The notes beneath the pieces are model-generated. The model did no database searches. It saw nothing but the letters and a program-made list of their open reading frames with translations, and was not told where the DNA came from. Made by a program: the position numbers and the translations under genes. Below are positions 36,660-46,199 of a stretch of 64,000 nucleotides of DNA, one piece after another; the stretch's first letter is position 1; every line of letters begins with the position of its first letter. The DNA is from Acidimicrobiia bacterium (GTDB taxonomy: Bacteria; Actinomycetota; Acidimicrobiia; Spongiisociales; UBA11373): assembly GCA_040878325.1 (NCBI GenBank), contig JBBDMM010000004.1:1-64000 (forward strand), given 5' to 3'.

Positions 36660-37988
36660 GTGATCGAACGAGACGAGGTCTTCCGCATCCGCACCCGGCG
36701 CACGCCGGGGACGCTCGCCAAAGTGCTGGCGGCCATCGGGGAGCAGGGCGCCCACATCGGCGAGATCGAAACGCTGTCGATCACCCGCGACCACAACGTG
36801 CGTGACGTCACCGTGATCGCCCCCGGCGACGAGGCGGTCGATCGGATTCGTGTCGCTATCGAGGCGTTACCGGACGTCGAACTCGTCGAGCACAGCATCG
36901 ACCGCGTCTTTGCGGCGCACGAGGGCGGCAAGATCGCGGTGGTCCCCACCGTGGAGGTCGAGACGCTGCTCGACATGCGCCAGGTGTACACCCCCGGGGT
37001 CGCCCGGGTGGCGCAGGCGATCCACGCCGACCCCGGTCTTGCCGATCGCTACACCTGGCGGCGCAACACGGTGGCAGTCATCAGCGACGGCTCCCGGGTA
37101 CTGGGCCTGGGCAACCTCGGTCCCCTCGCCGCCCTCCCGGTGATGGAAGGCAAGGCGCTCTTCTACTCCCGCCTGGTGGACCTGAACGCGGTGCCGATCG
37201 TGCTCGGGACCACCGACCCCGACGAGATCATCGAGACGGTGGTGCGGATCTCGCCGGGGTTCGGTGGCATCCATCTCGAGGACATCGCCAGCCCCGGTGT
37301 GTATCACATCGAACAGCAACTGATCGAGCGGCTCGATATCCCGGTGCTGCACGACGACCAACACGGCACCGCGGTGGTGGTGTTGGCCGCGGTCCTTTCC
37401 GCAGTGCGCCTGCTCGACCGGCCGATCGAATCGATGACCTTCGGCCAGGTGGGCCTGGGGGCGGCAGGCTCGGCAATCGCCGTGCTGGCGGCGTCCCTTC
37501 CATTCAGCCTCGTCTCGGCATTCGACCCGAACCAGGCAGCAGTGGAGCGGTTCGATCAGGCGGGAGGCGAATGCCGGGCGCCGACCAGGGCCACCGCGGA
37601 CCCGAGTGGGTTCGACAAGGTGGTGGCCGGGTCCGACGTCCTGGTGCTCACGTCAGGGGTGCCAGGGCTCCTCGAAGCGAGCAAGGTTCGAAAGGGACAG
37701 GTAGTCGTGGCACTCACCAACCCGGAGCCAGAGATCGCCATCGACGAGGCGCTTGCCGGCGGGGCCGCGATCGCCGCCGACGGATCGATCGTCAACAACG
37801 TGCTCGCCTATCCCGGCCTGTTCCGCGGGGCCCTCGACGCCGGTGCTTCCTCCATCACGACCGCCATGAAGCGGGCAGCCGCCGAGGCCCTCTCATCGCT
37901 CGCCACCGGAGCCGACCTCCTCCCCGATGCCCTCGATAGAGCGGTTCATGCCGAGGTGGCAAAGAGAGTGGCTGAAGCAGCCGGATAG
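36660..37988 (+). CDS. NAD(P)-dependent malic enzyme with N-terminal ACT domain
   Basis: YTPGVA, VMEGK, IHLEDI, HDDQHGT, GLGAAG, NNVLAYPGLFRG. Confidence 0.9.
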   Translation: MIERDEVFRIRTRRTPGTLAKVLAAIGEQGAHIGEIETLSITRDHNVRDVTVIAPGDEAVDRIRVAIEALPDVELVEHSIDRVFAAHEGGKIAVVPTVEVETLLDMRQVYTPGVARVAQAIHADPGLADRYTWRRNTVAVISDGSRVLGLGNLGPLAALPVMEGKALFYSRLVDLNAVPIVLGTTDPDEIIETVVRISPGFGGIHLEDIASPGVYHIEQQLIERLDIPVLHDDQHGTAVVVLAAVLSAVRLLDRPIESMTFGQVGLGAAGSAIAVLAASLPFSLVSAFDPNQAAVERFDQAGGECRAPTRATADPSGFDKVVAGSDVLVLTSGVPGLLEASKVRKGQVVVALTNPEPEIAIDEALAGGAAIAADGSIVNNVLAYPGLFRGALDAGASSITTAMKRAAAEALSSLATGADLLPDALDRAVHAEVAKRVAEAAG

Positions 37989-38091
37989 GCCTTCCGCCTT
38001 CCGCCCTCAGCAAGACCGGGTCAGGGTCTCAACCCCTGTTCAACCGTTTGCGCATCGCGCATCGCGAATTGCGGACCGCCGAAGGCGGTCC
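37989..38091 (+). repeat. (TTCCGCC)x~3-GCAAGA, (CATCGCG)x~3 and perfect GGACCGCC-GAA-GGCGGTCC hairpin
   Basis: 37989-38015; 38050-38073; 38073-38091; between convergent genes. Confidence 0.88.
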
Positions 38092-38093
38092 CT

Positions 38094-39017
38094 TCAGACC
38101 ACCCTATTCACCCACTCCGCTTCTCCGCGATACGCGGCCAGGTTACGTTCGAAGAGGGCGGCGAGGCGCTCGCCGTAACGTGGCGACAGCCCGGCAAGGT
38201 GGGGGGAGACGAGCACGCCTGGCAGGTCCCAGAAGGGGGAATCCTGCGGGAGTGGCTCCTGGTCGAAAACGTCGAGCGCCACCCCCTTGAGCCGCCCGTC
38301 GCCCATCGCGGTGATCAGCGCGCCGGTGTCGATCACCGATCCCCGGCCGACGTTGACCAGCCAACCGCCGCTGAGCGCCTCCAGTTCCGCCGCACCGACG
38401 AGATGCTCGGTCTCGGCCGTTCCGGGGAGCGTGATGACGACGGCGTCGGCGGCCCGGAACACTTCCAGGGTCCCTTCGGGACCGAACACCTTCTCGGCCA
38501 CTCCCTCGTAGGACGACGGATTCCGTTTGGTACCGATCACTCGCATTCCAAAGGCCCGGGCGCGCCGGGCCACTCCCTCGCCGATGACTCCGAGGCCGAG
38601 CACCCCGAGGGTCTTGCCGCTGAGTTCGGTCACCTCGGACCACACCCAGGTCCGGGTTGCCTGGTTGGTCGCCGCAGTGGCGATTCCCCGCGTCATCGCC
38701 AACAACAGTCCGAGGGCATGCTCTGAAACCTGCGTCTCATGGATCCCCCGCGCCGAGGTGAGCACCACGCCTTTGGAGCGCAGCAGATCGAGCGGGAACT
38801 GATCGGTGCCGGCCGACACCGACTGCACCCAGCGCAGCGACGGGATCAGCCAGTCGTCTGACCAGCGAAATGCGACCACCACCTCGGCTTCGCCGAGGGA
38901 GGCCGGCATCTGGTCGGCCGACCGCACGATCAGGGGATTGGTGCCGGGCACGGCTGCGACGGCTTCGGCAACGCCGGAGCCTCCCAGGGGTCCCACGACC
39001 AATCGAATCGGTTCCAT
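38094..39017 (-). CDS. D-2-hydroxyacid dehydrogenase
   Basis: GLGVIG, VNVGRG, ALDVF..EPL, SPHLAG. Confidence 0.92.
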   Translation of the reverse strand: MEPIRLVVGPLGGSGVAEAVAAVPGTNPLIVRSADQMPASLGEAEVVVAFRWSDDWLIPSLRWVQSVSAGTDQFPLDLLRSKGVVLTSARGIHETQVSEHALGLLLAMTRGIATAATNQATRTWVWSEVTELSGKTLGVLGLGVIGEGVARRARAFGMRVIGTKRNPSSYEGVAEKVFGPEGTLEVFRAADAVVITLPGTAETEHLVGAAELEALSGGWLVNVGRGSVIDTGALITAMGDGRLKGVALDVFDQEPLPQDSPFWDLPGVLVSPHLAGLSPRYGERLAALFERNLAAYRGEAEWVNRVV

Positions 39018-39031
39018 CCCCTGGAAACTAA

Positions 39032-39649
39032 TCAGCCGCCGAACGGACCGGTATCAGGAGGACCGCCGAATAGGTCGAACAGCGCCGAGAGCCCGGTTCC
39101 CAATTGGCCGAATGCCCACCAGAGCACGGCACCCAGCGCGACCAGCGCAGCCGAGGTCAAGGCCACCCGGCCCGCCGAAGGCGCCTGCGCTGCCGGGTCG
39201 AGCGGTGCCGACGAGTACACCACGGCCTCCGCCCGGCCGGGGAACACCACCCCGGTGGGCGCCGGACGAACCACCACGGTCTTCTCCGGTGCGGCGGGCC
39301 GGTCGCGAAGGTCGATGATCTCCTGGATCGCCTGCGGACCGGGGGTCGGTCCTTGGAAGGGATCCGCGGGGAGTACCGAGGTCAAGAGGCGGACCGAGAT
39401 CTCCCCGACCGTCGCCGCCGGAGCCTCACCGACCTCCTCGAGCCATGATCGGGCCAATTCGGGACTTGCGCCCAGCACTCGGGCGGCTGCTCTGATCGTG
39501 GCGGCGGGCGGAAGGGATTCCGCTCGCTCCCATCTGGCGACGTCGGAGGGACGAACCCCCAGGGCCGCGGCGAGGCGCGCCTGGGTCCACCCCAAGTCGA
39601 AACGCCGCGCGCGCAAGGCCTGCCCGAACCGCGGCCGGACCGATCTCAT
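39032..39649 (-). CDS. XRE-family HTH protein with C-terminal TM helix
   Basis: LRARR..LGWTQ..LA..LGV....VARWE; C-terminal hydrophobic helix. Confidence 0.75.
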   Translation of the reverse strand: MRSVRPRFGQALRARRFDLGWTQARLAAALGVRPSDVARWERAESLPPAATIRAAARVLGASPELARSWLEEVGEAPAATVGEISVRLLTSVLPADPFQGPTPGPQAIQEIIDLRDRPAAPEKTVVVRPAPTGVVFPGRAEAVVYSSAPLDPAAQAPSAGRVALTSAALVALGAVLWWAFGQLGTGLSALFDLFGGPPDTGPFGG

Positions 39650-39872
39650 GACTCCCACAGGAGGCATCGTAAACGAAACCCGACCACCGTGTGTAGTCGA
39701 GTCAACCGCAACGAGACACCACGGGCGGCGTGAGGCAGTGGACGGTCAAAGGCCCCACGGTCGGCTGGGCAGGGACCCGGCCGACACCGCGATGAGGCGT
39801 CAGCCGAAGAGGCATTAACAGGCGGTCGAGCCGCTACCTTGGCGGAACCCACGAGGAGGGCGACGGACTCGA

Positions 39873-40682
39873 ATGAGGCAGCGCATGCGGCTCCTCGTTG
39901 TCGTTGCCTTCGGGAGCCTCCTCGTCTCGATGGTCGGGATCGGGATCTTCGAGAAGGGCACCAACCCCGAGATCGAGACCTGGTTCGACGTCATCTGGTG
40001 GTGGGTGGTCACCAGCACCACTGTCGGCTATGGCGACATCGTCCCCATTACGGAGGGAGGGCGAATAGTGGCCATCGTGACGATCGTGAGCGGCTTCTTC
40101 GTGTTCACGAACCTGATCGCCATGATCGTCGAGTCGACTCACCGCGTCATCGACCGGCACCGCGCCGGAACCGCGCAGATCCGGTTCGGGGGCCACATCA
40201 TGATTTGCGAGTACACCGCCATCGCCGATGAGCTGGTACAGAGCCTCCCCCGGGTGCCCGAACTCCGTGGTTACCCGGTTGTGATCACAACCGACCTCGT
40301 CGATCGCAACCCCTACCCAGAACACTGGTTCGTGCGTGGCGTCCCCATCAACCCCTCGGTTCTCCGCCAGGCCAACTGCGCCGGCGCCGTGATGGTGTTC
40401 GTGTTCGCCAACCTCCGCTTCGCCGACCCGGACGCGAAAACACTGCACATCGCTTCGCGCGTGCGCGCTCTGAACCCCCATGCGCTGATCGTGGTCGAGA
40501 TCGTCGACCCCCACAGCGAGTTGATGAGGCACGCCGCCCCGGACCTGGTGGTGATTTCAAGCAGGGAGGCGATGCTCCATGTGCTCGACCCGGCGCCGTT
40601 CAACCCGCTGGACCTGCTCGACGAGGAGCGCAAGGCTGATTTCCTCGCCCGGCTCCCTCACCCGCCCCAGCCCGAGGGCTGA
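39873..40682 (+). CDS. Potassium channel family protein (2TM, TVGYGD) with degenerate RCK domain
   Basis: WWVVTSTTVGYGDIVP selectivity filter; HIMIC RCK start. Confidence 0.88.
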   Translation: MRQRMRLLVVVAFGSLLVSMVGIGIFEKGTNPEIETWFDVIWWWVVTSTTVGYGDIVPITEGGRIVAIVTIVSGFFVFTNLIAMIVESTHRVIDRHRAGTAQIRFGGHIMICEYTAIADELVQSLPRVPELRGYPVVITTDLVDRNPYPEHWFVRGVPINPSVLRQANCAGAVMVFVFANLRFADPDAKTLHIASRVRALNPHALIVVEIVDPHSELMRHAAPDLVVISSREAMLHVLDPAPFNPLDLLDEERKADFLARLPHPPQPEG

Positions 40683-40767
40683 TCTCGAGCGGGTGGCGGA
40701 CATCGGACACGGAGACCACCCGCCAACCGCATTGTCCCATAGGGGGATTCCGGATAGCGTGCCCGGC

Positions 40768-40857
40768 GGAGGCGTTCGAGTGCCTGGTGGGCTCCCCGGT
40801 CTTCAAAACCGGAGGCGGGCCTCATCGGCCCGCAGGGTTCGATTCCTTGCGCCTCCG
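40768..40857 (+). tRNA. selC: tRNA-Sec (anticodon UCA)
   Basis: GGAGGCG/CGCCTCC acceptor, G discriminator, TGGT D-loop, CCGGT-CTTCAAA-ACCGG anticodon arm, long variable arm GCGGGC/GCCCGC, TTCGATT T-loop; CCA not encoded. Confidence 0.93.
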
Positions 40858-40862
40858 CGATG

Positions 40863-40893
40863 AGTAGCAAGTCGCAAGTGGCAAGTCGCAAGA
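40863..40893 (+). repeat. Heptamer array (AGTNGCA)x4 ending GCAAGA
   Basis: agtagca agtcgca agtggca agtcgca aga, directly 3' of tRNA-Sec. Confidence 0.85.
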
Positions 40894-40907
40894 AGGCCGG
40901 GTCCAAC

Positions 40908-42701
40908 ATGGAGCAGCCGATCCGAAAGCGTCCCCTCCGCCGGTTGTGGCGCTACGCCGCCGGGCACCGCCGGGATGTGATCGCGGCGTCGTCGTGGTCA
41001 GTGCTCAACAAGACCTTCGACATCGCTCCGCCGATGCTGATCGGCGCCGCGGTCGACATCGTGGTCCGCCAGGAGGGGTCGGTGCTGGCGTCGTTCGGGT
41101 TCGAGACGCCGCGTTCTCAGATCGTGGCGCTGGCCGTGATCACCTTCATCATCTGGGCGCTCGAGTCGCTCTTCGAGTACCTGCACGGGGTCGCCTGGCG
41201 CAACCTCGCCCAGAGCATCCAGCACGAGCTTCGGATAGACGCCTACACCCAGCTGCAGGAACTCGAGCTCCGCTACTTCGAGGACCGGGCGACCGGTGAC
41301 CTGATGGCGGTGCTCAACGACGACGTCAATCAACTCGAGCGCTTCCTCGACCGTGGCGCCAACGAGATCCTCCAGGTGCTGACCACCGTGGTGCTCATCG
41401 GGGCGATCTTCTTCTACCTGGCCCCCGGCATCGCCTGGCTGGCGTTCCTCCCGATCCCATTCATCCTGTGGGGATCGTTCCGGTTCCAGCGGTTGCTAGA
41501 GCCGCGGTACGCCGACGTGCGGGAGCGGGCGGCGGCGGTGAACGCGGAATTGTCCAATCACCTCGGCGGCATCTCGACGATCAAGGCATTCACCGCAGAG
41601 GACGACAGCGTCCGCCGGATCGAACAGGAGAGCGAGCGATACCGCCACGCCAACCGGTCGGCGATTCGTTTGTCGAGCGCCTTCTCCCCACTGATCCGCG
41701 TGGTGATCCTGGTCGGGTTCACCGCCACCCTGGTCTGGGGCGGCTTCCGGGCGCTCGAGGGCGGCCTCGAAGTCGGCGCCTACAGCGTGATGGTGTTCCT
41801 CACCCAGCGCCTGCTGTGGCCGTTGACCCGCCTCGGCGAGACATTCGACCTCTACCAGCGGGCCATGGCGTCCACCAACCGCATCCTCGACGTCGTCGAC
41901 GCTCGACCGCGTCTCCAGGACGGCGATCGACCGCTCCCCCGCGAGACGGTCAAGGGCGACCTCCACTTCGACGGGGTCACCTTCGCCTACCAGGCGGGCC
42001 ACCGCGTCCTCAACGACATCAACGTGGCGGCCGAGGCGGGACGAACCACCGCCTTCGTCGGAGCCACCGGATCGGGCAAGACGACCCTCGTGAAGTTGCT
42101 GCTCCGCTTCTACGACGTCGACTCGGGGCGGATCACGGTCGACGGGCACGATCTGCGCAACCTCAAGGCCCGGGACCTGCGACGGGCGATCGGCCTCGTG
42201 AGCCAAGACGTGTTCCTGTTCCACGGAACCGTGCGCGACAACATCGCCTATGGGCGGCCCGAAGCCACCGACGATGAGATTCGGGCAGCCGCCGAAATCG
42301 CCGAGGCCCACGAATTCATCACCCGCCTCCCCGAGGGTTACGCCACCATCGTCGGCGAGCGCGGCCAGAAGCTGAGCGGCGGCCAACGCCAGCGCGTGTC
42401 GATCGCTCGCGCGGTGTTGGTCGACCCGCCGATCCTGGTACTCGACGAAGCGACCTCGGCCGTCGACAACGAGACCGAAGCGGCGATCCAACGGTCCCTC
42501 GAGCGGATCTCCCTCGACCGAACAACTGTCGTGATCGCCCACCGCCTCTCCACCATCCGCCACGCCGACCGCATCTATGTGCTCGACGACGGCCGGGTAG
42601 CCGAAGTGGGCACGCACGACGAGTTGCTCGCCAACTCCCGGATCTACCGCGCTCTGTGGGATGTGCAGACGGGTGAGGCAGTGAGGTGGCATGAAGGCTG
42701 A
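40908..42701 (+). CDS. ABC exporter, fused permease/ATP-binding protein
   Basis: TMD + [22 protein letters not shown]. Confidence 0.93.
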   Translation: MEQPIRKRPLRRLWRYAAGHRRDVIAASSWSVLNKTFDIAPPMLIGAAVDIVVRQEGSVLASFGFETPRSQIVALAVITFIIWALESLFEYLHGVAWRNLAQSIQHELRIDAYTQLQELELRYFEDRATGDLMAVLNDDVNQLERFLDRGANEILQVLTTVVLIGAIFFYLAPGIAWLAFLPIPFILWGSFRFQRLLEPRYADVRERAAAVNAELSNHLGGISTIKAFTAEDDSVRRIEQESERYRHANRSAIRLSSAFSPLIRVVILVGFTATLVWGGFRALEGGLEVGAYSVMVFLTQRLLWPLTRLGETFDLYQRAMASTNRILDVVDARPRLQDGDRPLPRETVKGDLHFDGVTFAYQAGHRVLNDINVAAEAGRTTAFVGATGSGKTTLVKLLLRFYDVDSGRITVDGHDLRNLKARDLRRAIGLVSQDVFLFHGTVRDNIAYGRPEATDDEIRAAAEIAEAHEFITRLPEGYATIVGERGQKLSGGQRQRVSIARAVLVDPPILVLDEATSAVDNETEAAIQRSLERISLDRTTVVIAHRLSTIRHADRIYVLDDGRVAEVGTHDELLANSRIYRALWDVQTGEAVRWHEG

Positions 42702-42716
42702 AGCAGCCTTCATGCC
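42688..42716. terminator. Perfect 13-bp inverted repeat over the ABC stop codon (possible terminator)
   Basis: GGCATGAAGGCTG-aag-CAGCCTTCATGCC; no U-tract. Confidence 0.45.
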
Positions 42717-42816
42717 TTCCGCCTCCCGCCTCCCGCCTCCCGCCTCCCGCCTCCCGCAAGAGAGCGGTGAGAGTCTCGCCAAGCGTTCAGCCGGTCGCGC
42801 ATCGCGCATCGCGGTC
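42714..42816 (+). repeat. (TYCCGCC)x6-GCAAGA and (CATCGCG)x~3 arrays
   Basis: 42714-42761 and 42793-42813. Confidence 0.9.
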
Positions 42817-42855
42817 GGCGACGCTAGCCGTCCACACCCGTGGGAACATGCGTAC

Positions 42856-44148
42856 ATGACCAACCGACATGTTGGGCGCTCTCGGCGCCGGCTCACTGCG
42901 ACCGTCACCGATGTCACGGTCGCCGTTCAGCGGACCCTGATCGTCGCCCTCGACGACGGGCGCGACTCGTCAGGGGTCGACATGTCGTTGGACGAAATCG
43001 AGCGACTGGTCGACACGGCCGGGTCCATCGTGGTGGAGCGGGCGGTGCAGAAGCGTCCCAAACCCGACCCCGCCACCTACATCGGGAAGGGAAAGGCCGA
43101 AGAGTTGGCGAACATCGGTCGGGCGAGTGACATCGACCTGGTGGTCGTGGACGGGGAGCTGTCCCCGATCCAACAGCGCAATCTCCAGGAGATCTTCGGG
43201 ACCGACGTCGTCGACCGGGTGGCTTTGATCCTCGACATCTTCGCCCAGCACGCCACCAGCAAGGCCGGCCGGGCGCAGGTGGAACTCGCCATGCTCCACT
43301 ACTTGCTCCCCCGCCTCCGCGGGAAGGGCGTCGAGATGAGCCGCCTTGGCGCCGGAATCGGCACCCGCGGCCCAGGCGAGACCCGCCTCGAAACCGACCG
43401 GCGGCGGGTGCTGCGCCGAATCTCCCAGCTCAAAGTGGAACTGGAGGAACTCGAGGTGGTCCGGGCGACCCAGCGCAAGGCCCGGATGAAGTCAGAGGTT
43501 CCTTCGGTCGCTCTCGTGGGATACACCAACGCGGGCAAGTCGAGCCTGCTCAACCGGCTGACTGACGCCGGAGTACTCGTCGAGGACCGGCTGTTCTCCA
43601 CCCTGGATGCCACGGTGCGGCGGCTCGAATTGCCCAGCGGCCGCGAGGTGGTGGTATCCGACACCGTCGGCTTCCTGCGCGACCTTCCCCATGGACTGGT
43701 CGACGCGTTCCACTCGACGCTCGAGGAAACGGTCGGCAGCCACTTGCTGGTCCACGTGGTCGACGCGGCCGCGGACGACCCCGAGCGCCAGATCGCCGCC
43801 GTCCGGGCGACCCTGCAGGAGATCGAGGCGCATCAGATCCCGGAAATGATGGTGCTCAACAAGATCGATATCGCGTCACCGATTGCAGTGGACCGGCTCC
43901 TCGCCCGTCATCCCGGTGCCGTGCCGGTTGCCGCGACCCGGGGAACCGGAATCGATGCCCTGCTCGAGGCGCTCGACGTGACGCTATCTCTCGACCGGAT
44001 CGACGTCGAGGTGCTCATCCCCTTCGAACGTGGTGACCTGGTCGATCTGATCCACCGGATCGGCGACATCGTGTCGGAGTCCCACGAGCCCGCAGGAACC
44101 CGGGTGAAGGCCCGGATACCGAAACGCTACGCCGGGTCGTTCGATTAG
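42856..44148 (+). CDS. hflX: GTPase HflX
   Basis: YIGKGK, LILDIFA, GTRGPGE, GYTNAGKS, DTVG, NKID; start approximate. Confidence 0.93.
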   Translation: MTNRHVGRSRRRLTATVTDVTVAVQRTLIVALDDGRDSSGVDMSLDEIERLVDTAGSIVVERAVQKRPKPDPATYIGKGKAEELANIGRASDIDLVVVDGELSPIQQRNLQEIFGTDVVDRVALILDIFAQHATSKAGRAQVELAMLHYLLPRLRGKGVEMSRLGAGIGTRGPGETRLETDRRRVLRRISQLKVELEELEVVRATQRKARMKSEVPSVALVGYTNAGKSSLLNRLTDAGVLVEDRLFSTLDATVRRLELPSGREVVVSDTVGFLRDLPHGLVDAFHSTLEETVGSHLLVHVVDAAADDPERQIAAVRATLQEIEAHQIPEMMVLNKIDIASPIAVDRLLARHPGAVPVAATRGTGIDALLEALDVTLSLDRIDVEVLIPFERGDLVDLIHRIGDIVSESHEPAGTRVKARIPKRYAGSFD

Positions 44149-44170
44149 TCACGCCGTCCACCAATGACGG

Positions 44171-44881
44171 TCAGGACGCTCGTTCGAGGATGGGGTCGAA
44201 GAACCGTGCCAGCTCGGCCTTGAGGCTGTCCAGCGAGCCGACCACGTACAGCTCGGTGTGCTGCTCGTACATCACCTTGTCGTGACCCACCACGTTCTCG
44301 ACGGTGAAGTCGTGGTAGTCCATCTTTCCCTCGGCCGCGCGGGTGAATTCGTCGCCCCCTGACATCAAGCCGGTGCCGAACACCTTGAGCTCGCCGTCCT
44401 CGCGCTTCATCCCGAACTCGGTCGAGTACCACGCGAGCCGCTTGATGTTCTCCTTCTCCTCCGAGTCATCGGTCGCCAGATAGGCAGGAGCGAACATCTC
44501 CTGCAGCGCGGCGTACTCGGGGAGCATGAAGAACGGAAGGTGGCCGAAGATGTCATGGAACATGTCGGGCTCCGGTGTCCAATCGAGCTCCTCCCATGAC
44601 CGCATGTAGTTGGTGATGAGGAACTCTTTGCGATCGAAGTAGCGGTACCACTCGTCGCTGTCGGTGTAGCGAGTATCCGTGCGGACGATGGTCCAGCCGC
44701 TCGCCGGGGTGATCTTCGAGTTGAGGTAATCGAGGCTCGGAATCTCGTCGGCGGGGAGTTGGAGCAGGTCGAATCCGGTGATGTACTCCGAGCAGGCATG
44801 CTTGCGGATCTTCGGTAGCTGCCGACGGTACAGCTCAGCCCACGTCTTGTGCTGTACCGGGGTGAAGTCGATGTCCTCCAT
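44171..44881 (-). CDS. phhA: Phenylalanine 4-monooxygenase-like aromatic amino acid hydroxylase
   Basis: TPEPDMFHDIFGHLP and WYSTEFG iron ligands (H, H, E); GGAGG RBS. Confidence 0.82.
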   Translation of the reverse strand: MEDIDFTPVQHKTWAELYRRQLPKIRKHACSEYITGFDLLQLPADEIPSLDYLNSKITPASGWTIVRTDTRYTDSDEWYRYFDRKEFLITNYMRSWEELDWTPEPDMFHDIFGHLPFFMLPEYAALQEMFAPAYLATDDSEEKENIKRLAWYSTEFGMKREDGELKVFGTGLMSGGDEFTRAAEGKMDYHDFTVENVVGHDKVMYEQHTELYVVGSLDSLKAELARFFDPILERAS

Positions 44882-44921
44882 GGGCGGATCCCTCCAGATT
44901 GGTGCCTGAAAGGTACCGCAG

Positions 44922-45024
44922 GAGGCCTCGCTTCGCTCGGCCTCGGCTCCGGCTCCTGCTCCTGCTCCGGCTCCAGCAAGAAAGGAGCCGACTCGTGCCC
45001 GCCGGAAGGCGGATGGCGGAAGGC
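44922..45024. repeat. GCGAAGC hairpin (minus strand) + (KGCTCC)x5-GCAAGA + inverted (GGAWGGC)x3
   Basis: gaggcctcgcttcgctcggcctc 44922-44944; hexamers to 44974; gcaaga 44976-44981; ggaaggc ggatggc ggaaggc 45004-45024. Confidence 0.9.
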
Positions 45025-45031
45025 CGCCCGG

Positions 45032-46081
45032 CTACGCGATCAGGGACCTTTCGATGTCGCCGACCGTCTTGGCCCCGCACAGCGTCATCGCCCGGGTCAG
45101 CTCCTGGGCCAGTTCCTCAAGCACCGCCGCCGCCCCGTGCTCCCCGCCCACGACCAGACCCCACAGCACGGGCCGGCCCACCAGGACTGCGGTCGCCCCA
45201 AGGGCGAGTGCCTTGAGGATGTCGGTGCCACTACGGATTCCGCCGTCCACCAGCAGCGGTACCCGCCCGCCGATGGCGTCGGCGATGGCGGGAAGAGCGT
45301 CCGCCGACGCAATCGCACCATCGAGTTGGCGTCCCCCGTGATTGCTCACGATCACGCCGGCGGCACCCGCTTCGACGGCCGCGACCGCGTCGTCTGGATG
45401 CAGAACCCCCTTGACCAGCAGCGGCAAAGCGGTGACACCGGCGATCCATTCGAGGAGGTCGGGTGTCAACGATGGCTCGAATGCAGCGTCGGAGTACTCA
45501 GACAGGGCCGAGCCTCCGCCGCTCTCGAGAGAGGCTTCGAGATTGGCGACCGTGATGCCGTCGGGGAGCTGAAACCGATTCGTTTCGTCCCGGCGCCGCC
45601 GCCCCACCACCGGAACGTCGACCGTGAGCACCACCGCAGTACATCCCGACCCCTCGGCACGCTCGAGCAGCCGACGGCTGAGACCGCGGTCGCGATGGAG
45701 GTAGAACTGGAACCATCGTTGCGAGTCACCGACTGCCGCCGCGATGTCCTCCAGGGTCACGGTCGACATCGTCGAGATGACCATTGGGATGCCGGCCGAA
45801 TGAGCGGCTCGAGCAGTGGCCACCTCGCCATCGGGGTGCGCCATCCGCTGAAACGCCATGGGGGCGACAAGCATCGGAGCAGCCATCTGGTTACCGAACA
45901 ACGTCTGCTCGATGGACACCGAGGACAGATCCCGCATGACGCGCGGAATCAGCCGCAGCCGCTGCCACGACGCCTCGTTGTCGCGAAGCGTGACTTCGTC
46001 GTCGGACCCGCCGGCGAAGTACTCGTAGGCCGCCCGGTCGAGCACCTGGCGCGCTCGCGTCTCGAGTGCAGCGGAATCCAT
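45032..46081 (-). CDS. FMN-dependent alpha-hydroxy acid oxidase/dehydrogenase
   Basis: WFQFY, LTVD, VKG, VSNHGGRQLD, DGGIRSG. Confidence 0.92.
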   Translation of the reverse strand: MDSAALETRARQVLDRAAYEYFAGGSDDEVTLRDNEASWQRLRLIPRVMRDLSSVSIEQTLFGNQMAAPMLVAPMAFQRMAHPDGEVATARAAHSAGIPMVISTMSTVTLEDIAAAVGDSQRWFQFYLHRDRGLSRRLLERAEGSGCTAVVLTVDVPVVGRRRRDETNRFQLPDGITVANLEASLESGGGSALSEYSDAAFEPSLTPDLLEWIAGVTALPLLVKGVLHPDDAVAAVEAGAAGVIVSNHGGRQLDGAIASADALPAIADAIGGRVPLLVDGGIRSGTDILKALALGATAVLVGRPVLWGLVVGGEHGAAAVLEELAQELTRAMTLCGAKTVGDIERSLIA

Positions 46082-46199
46082 TCGGGCGAGGCTACCGGCC
46101 TGGACCATGCGCCGAGGCGGCGCGGCCGCCAAGCCCTATCGGACAGGTAGCCTCTGCCGACTCACGAGGGAGGCCGACATCCGCAGAGCAGCCGCACTC

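Noticed and set aside
40768..42701. Genomic island integrated at tRNA-Sec
   Set aside because: No integrase, no duplicated tRNA 3' end and no evident compositional shift.
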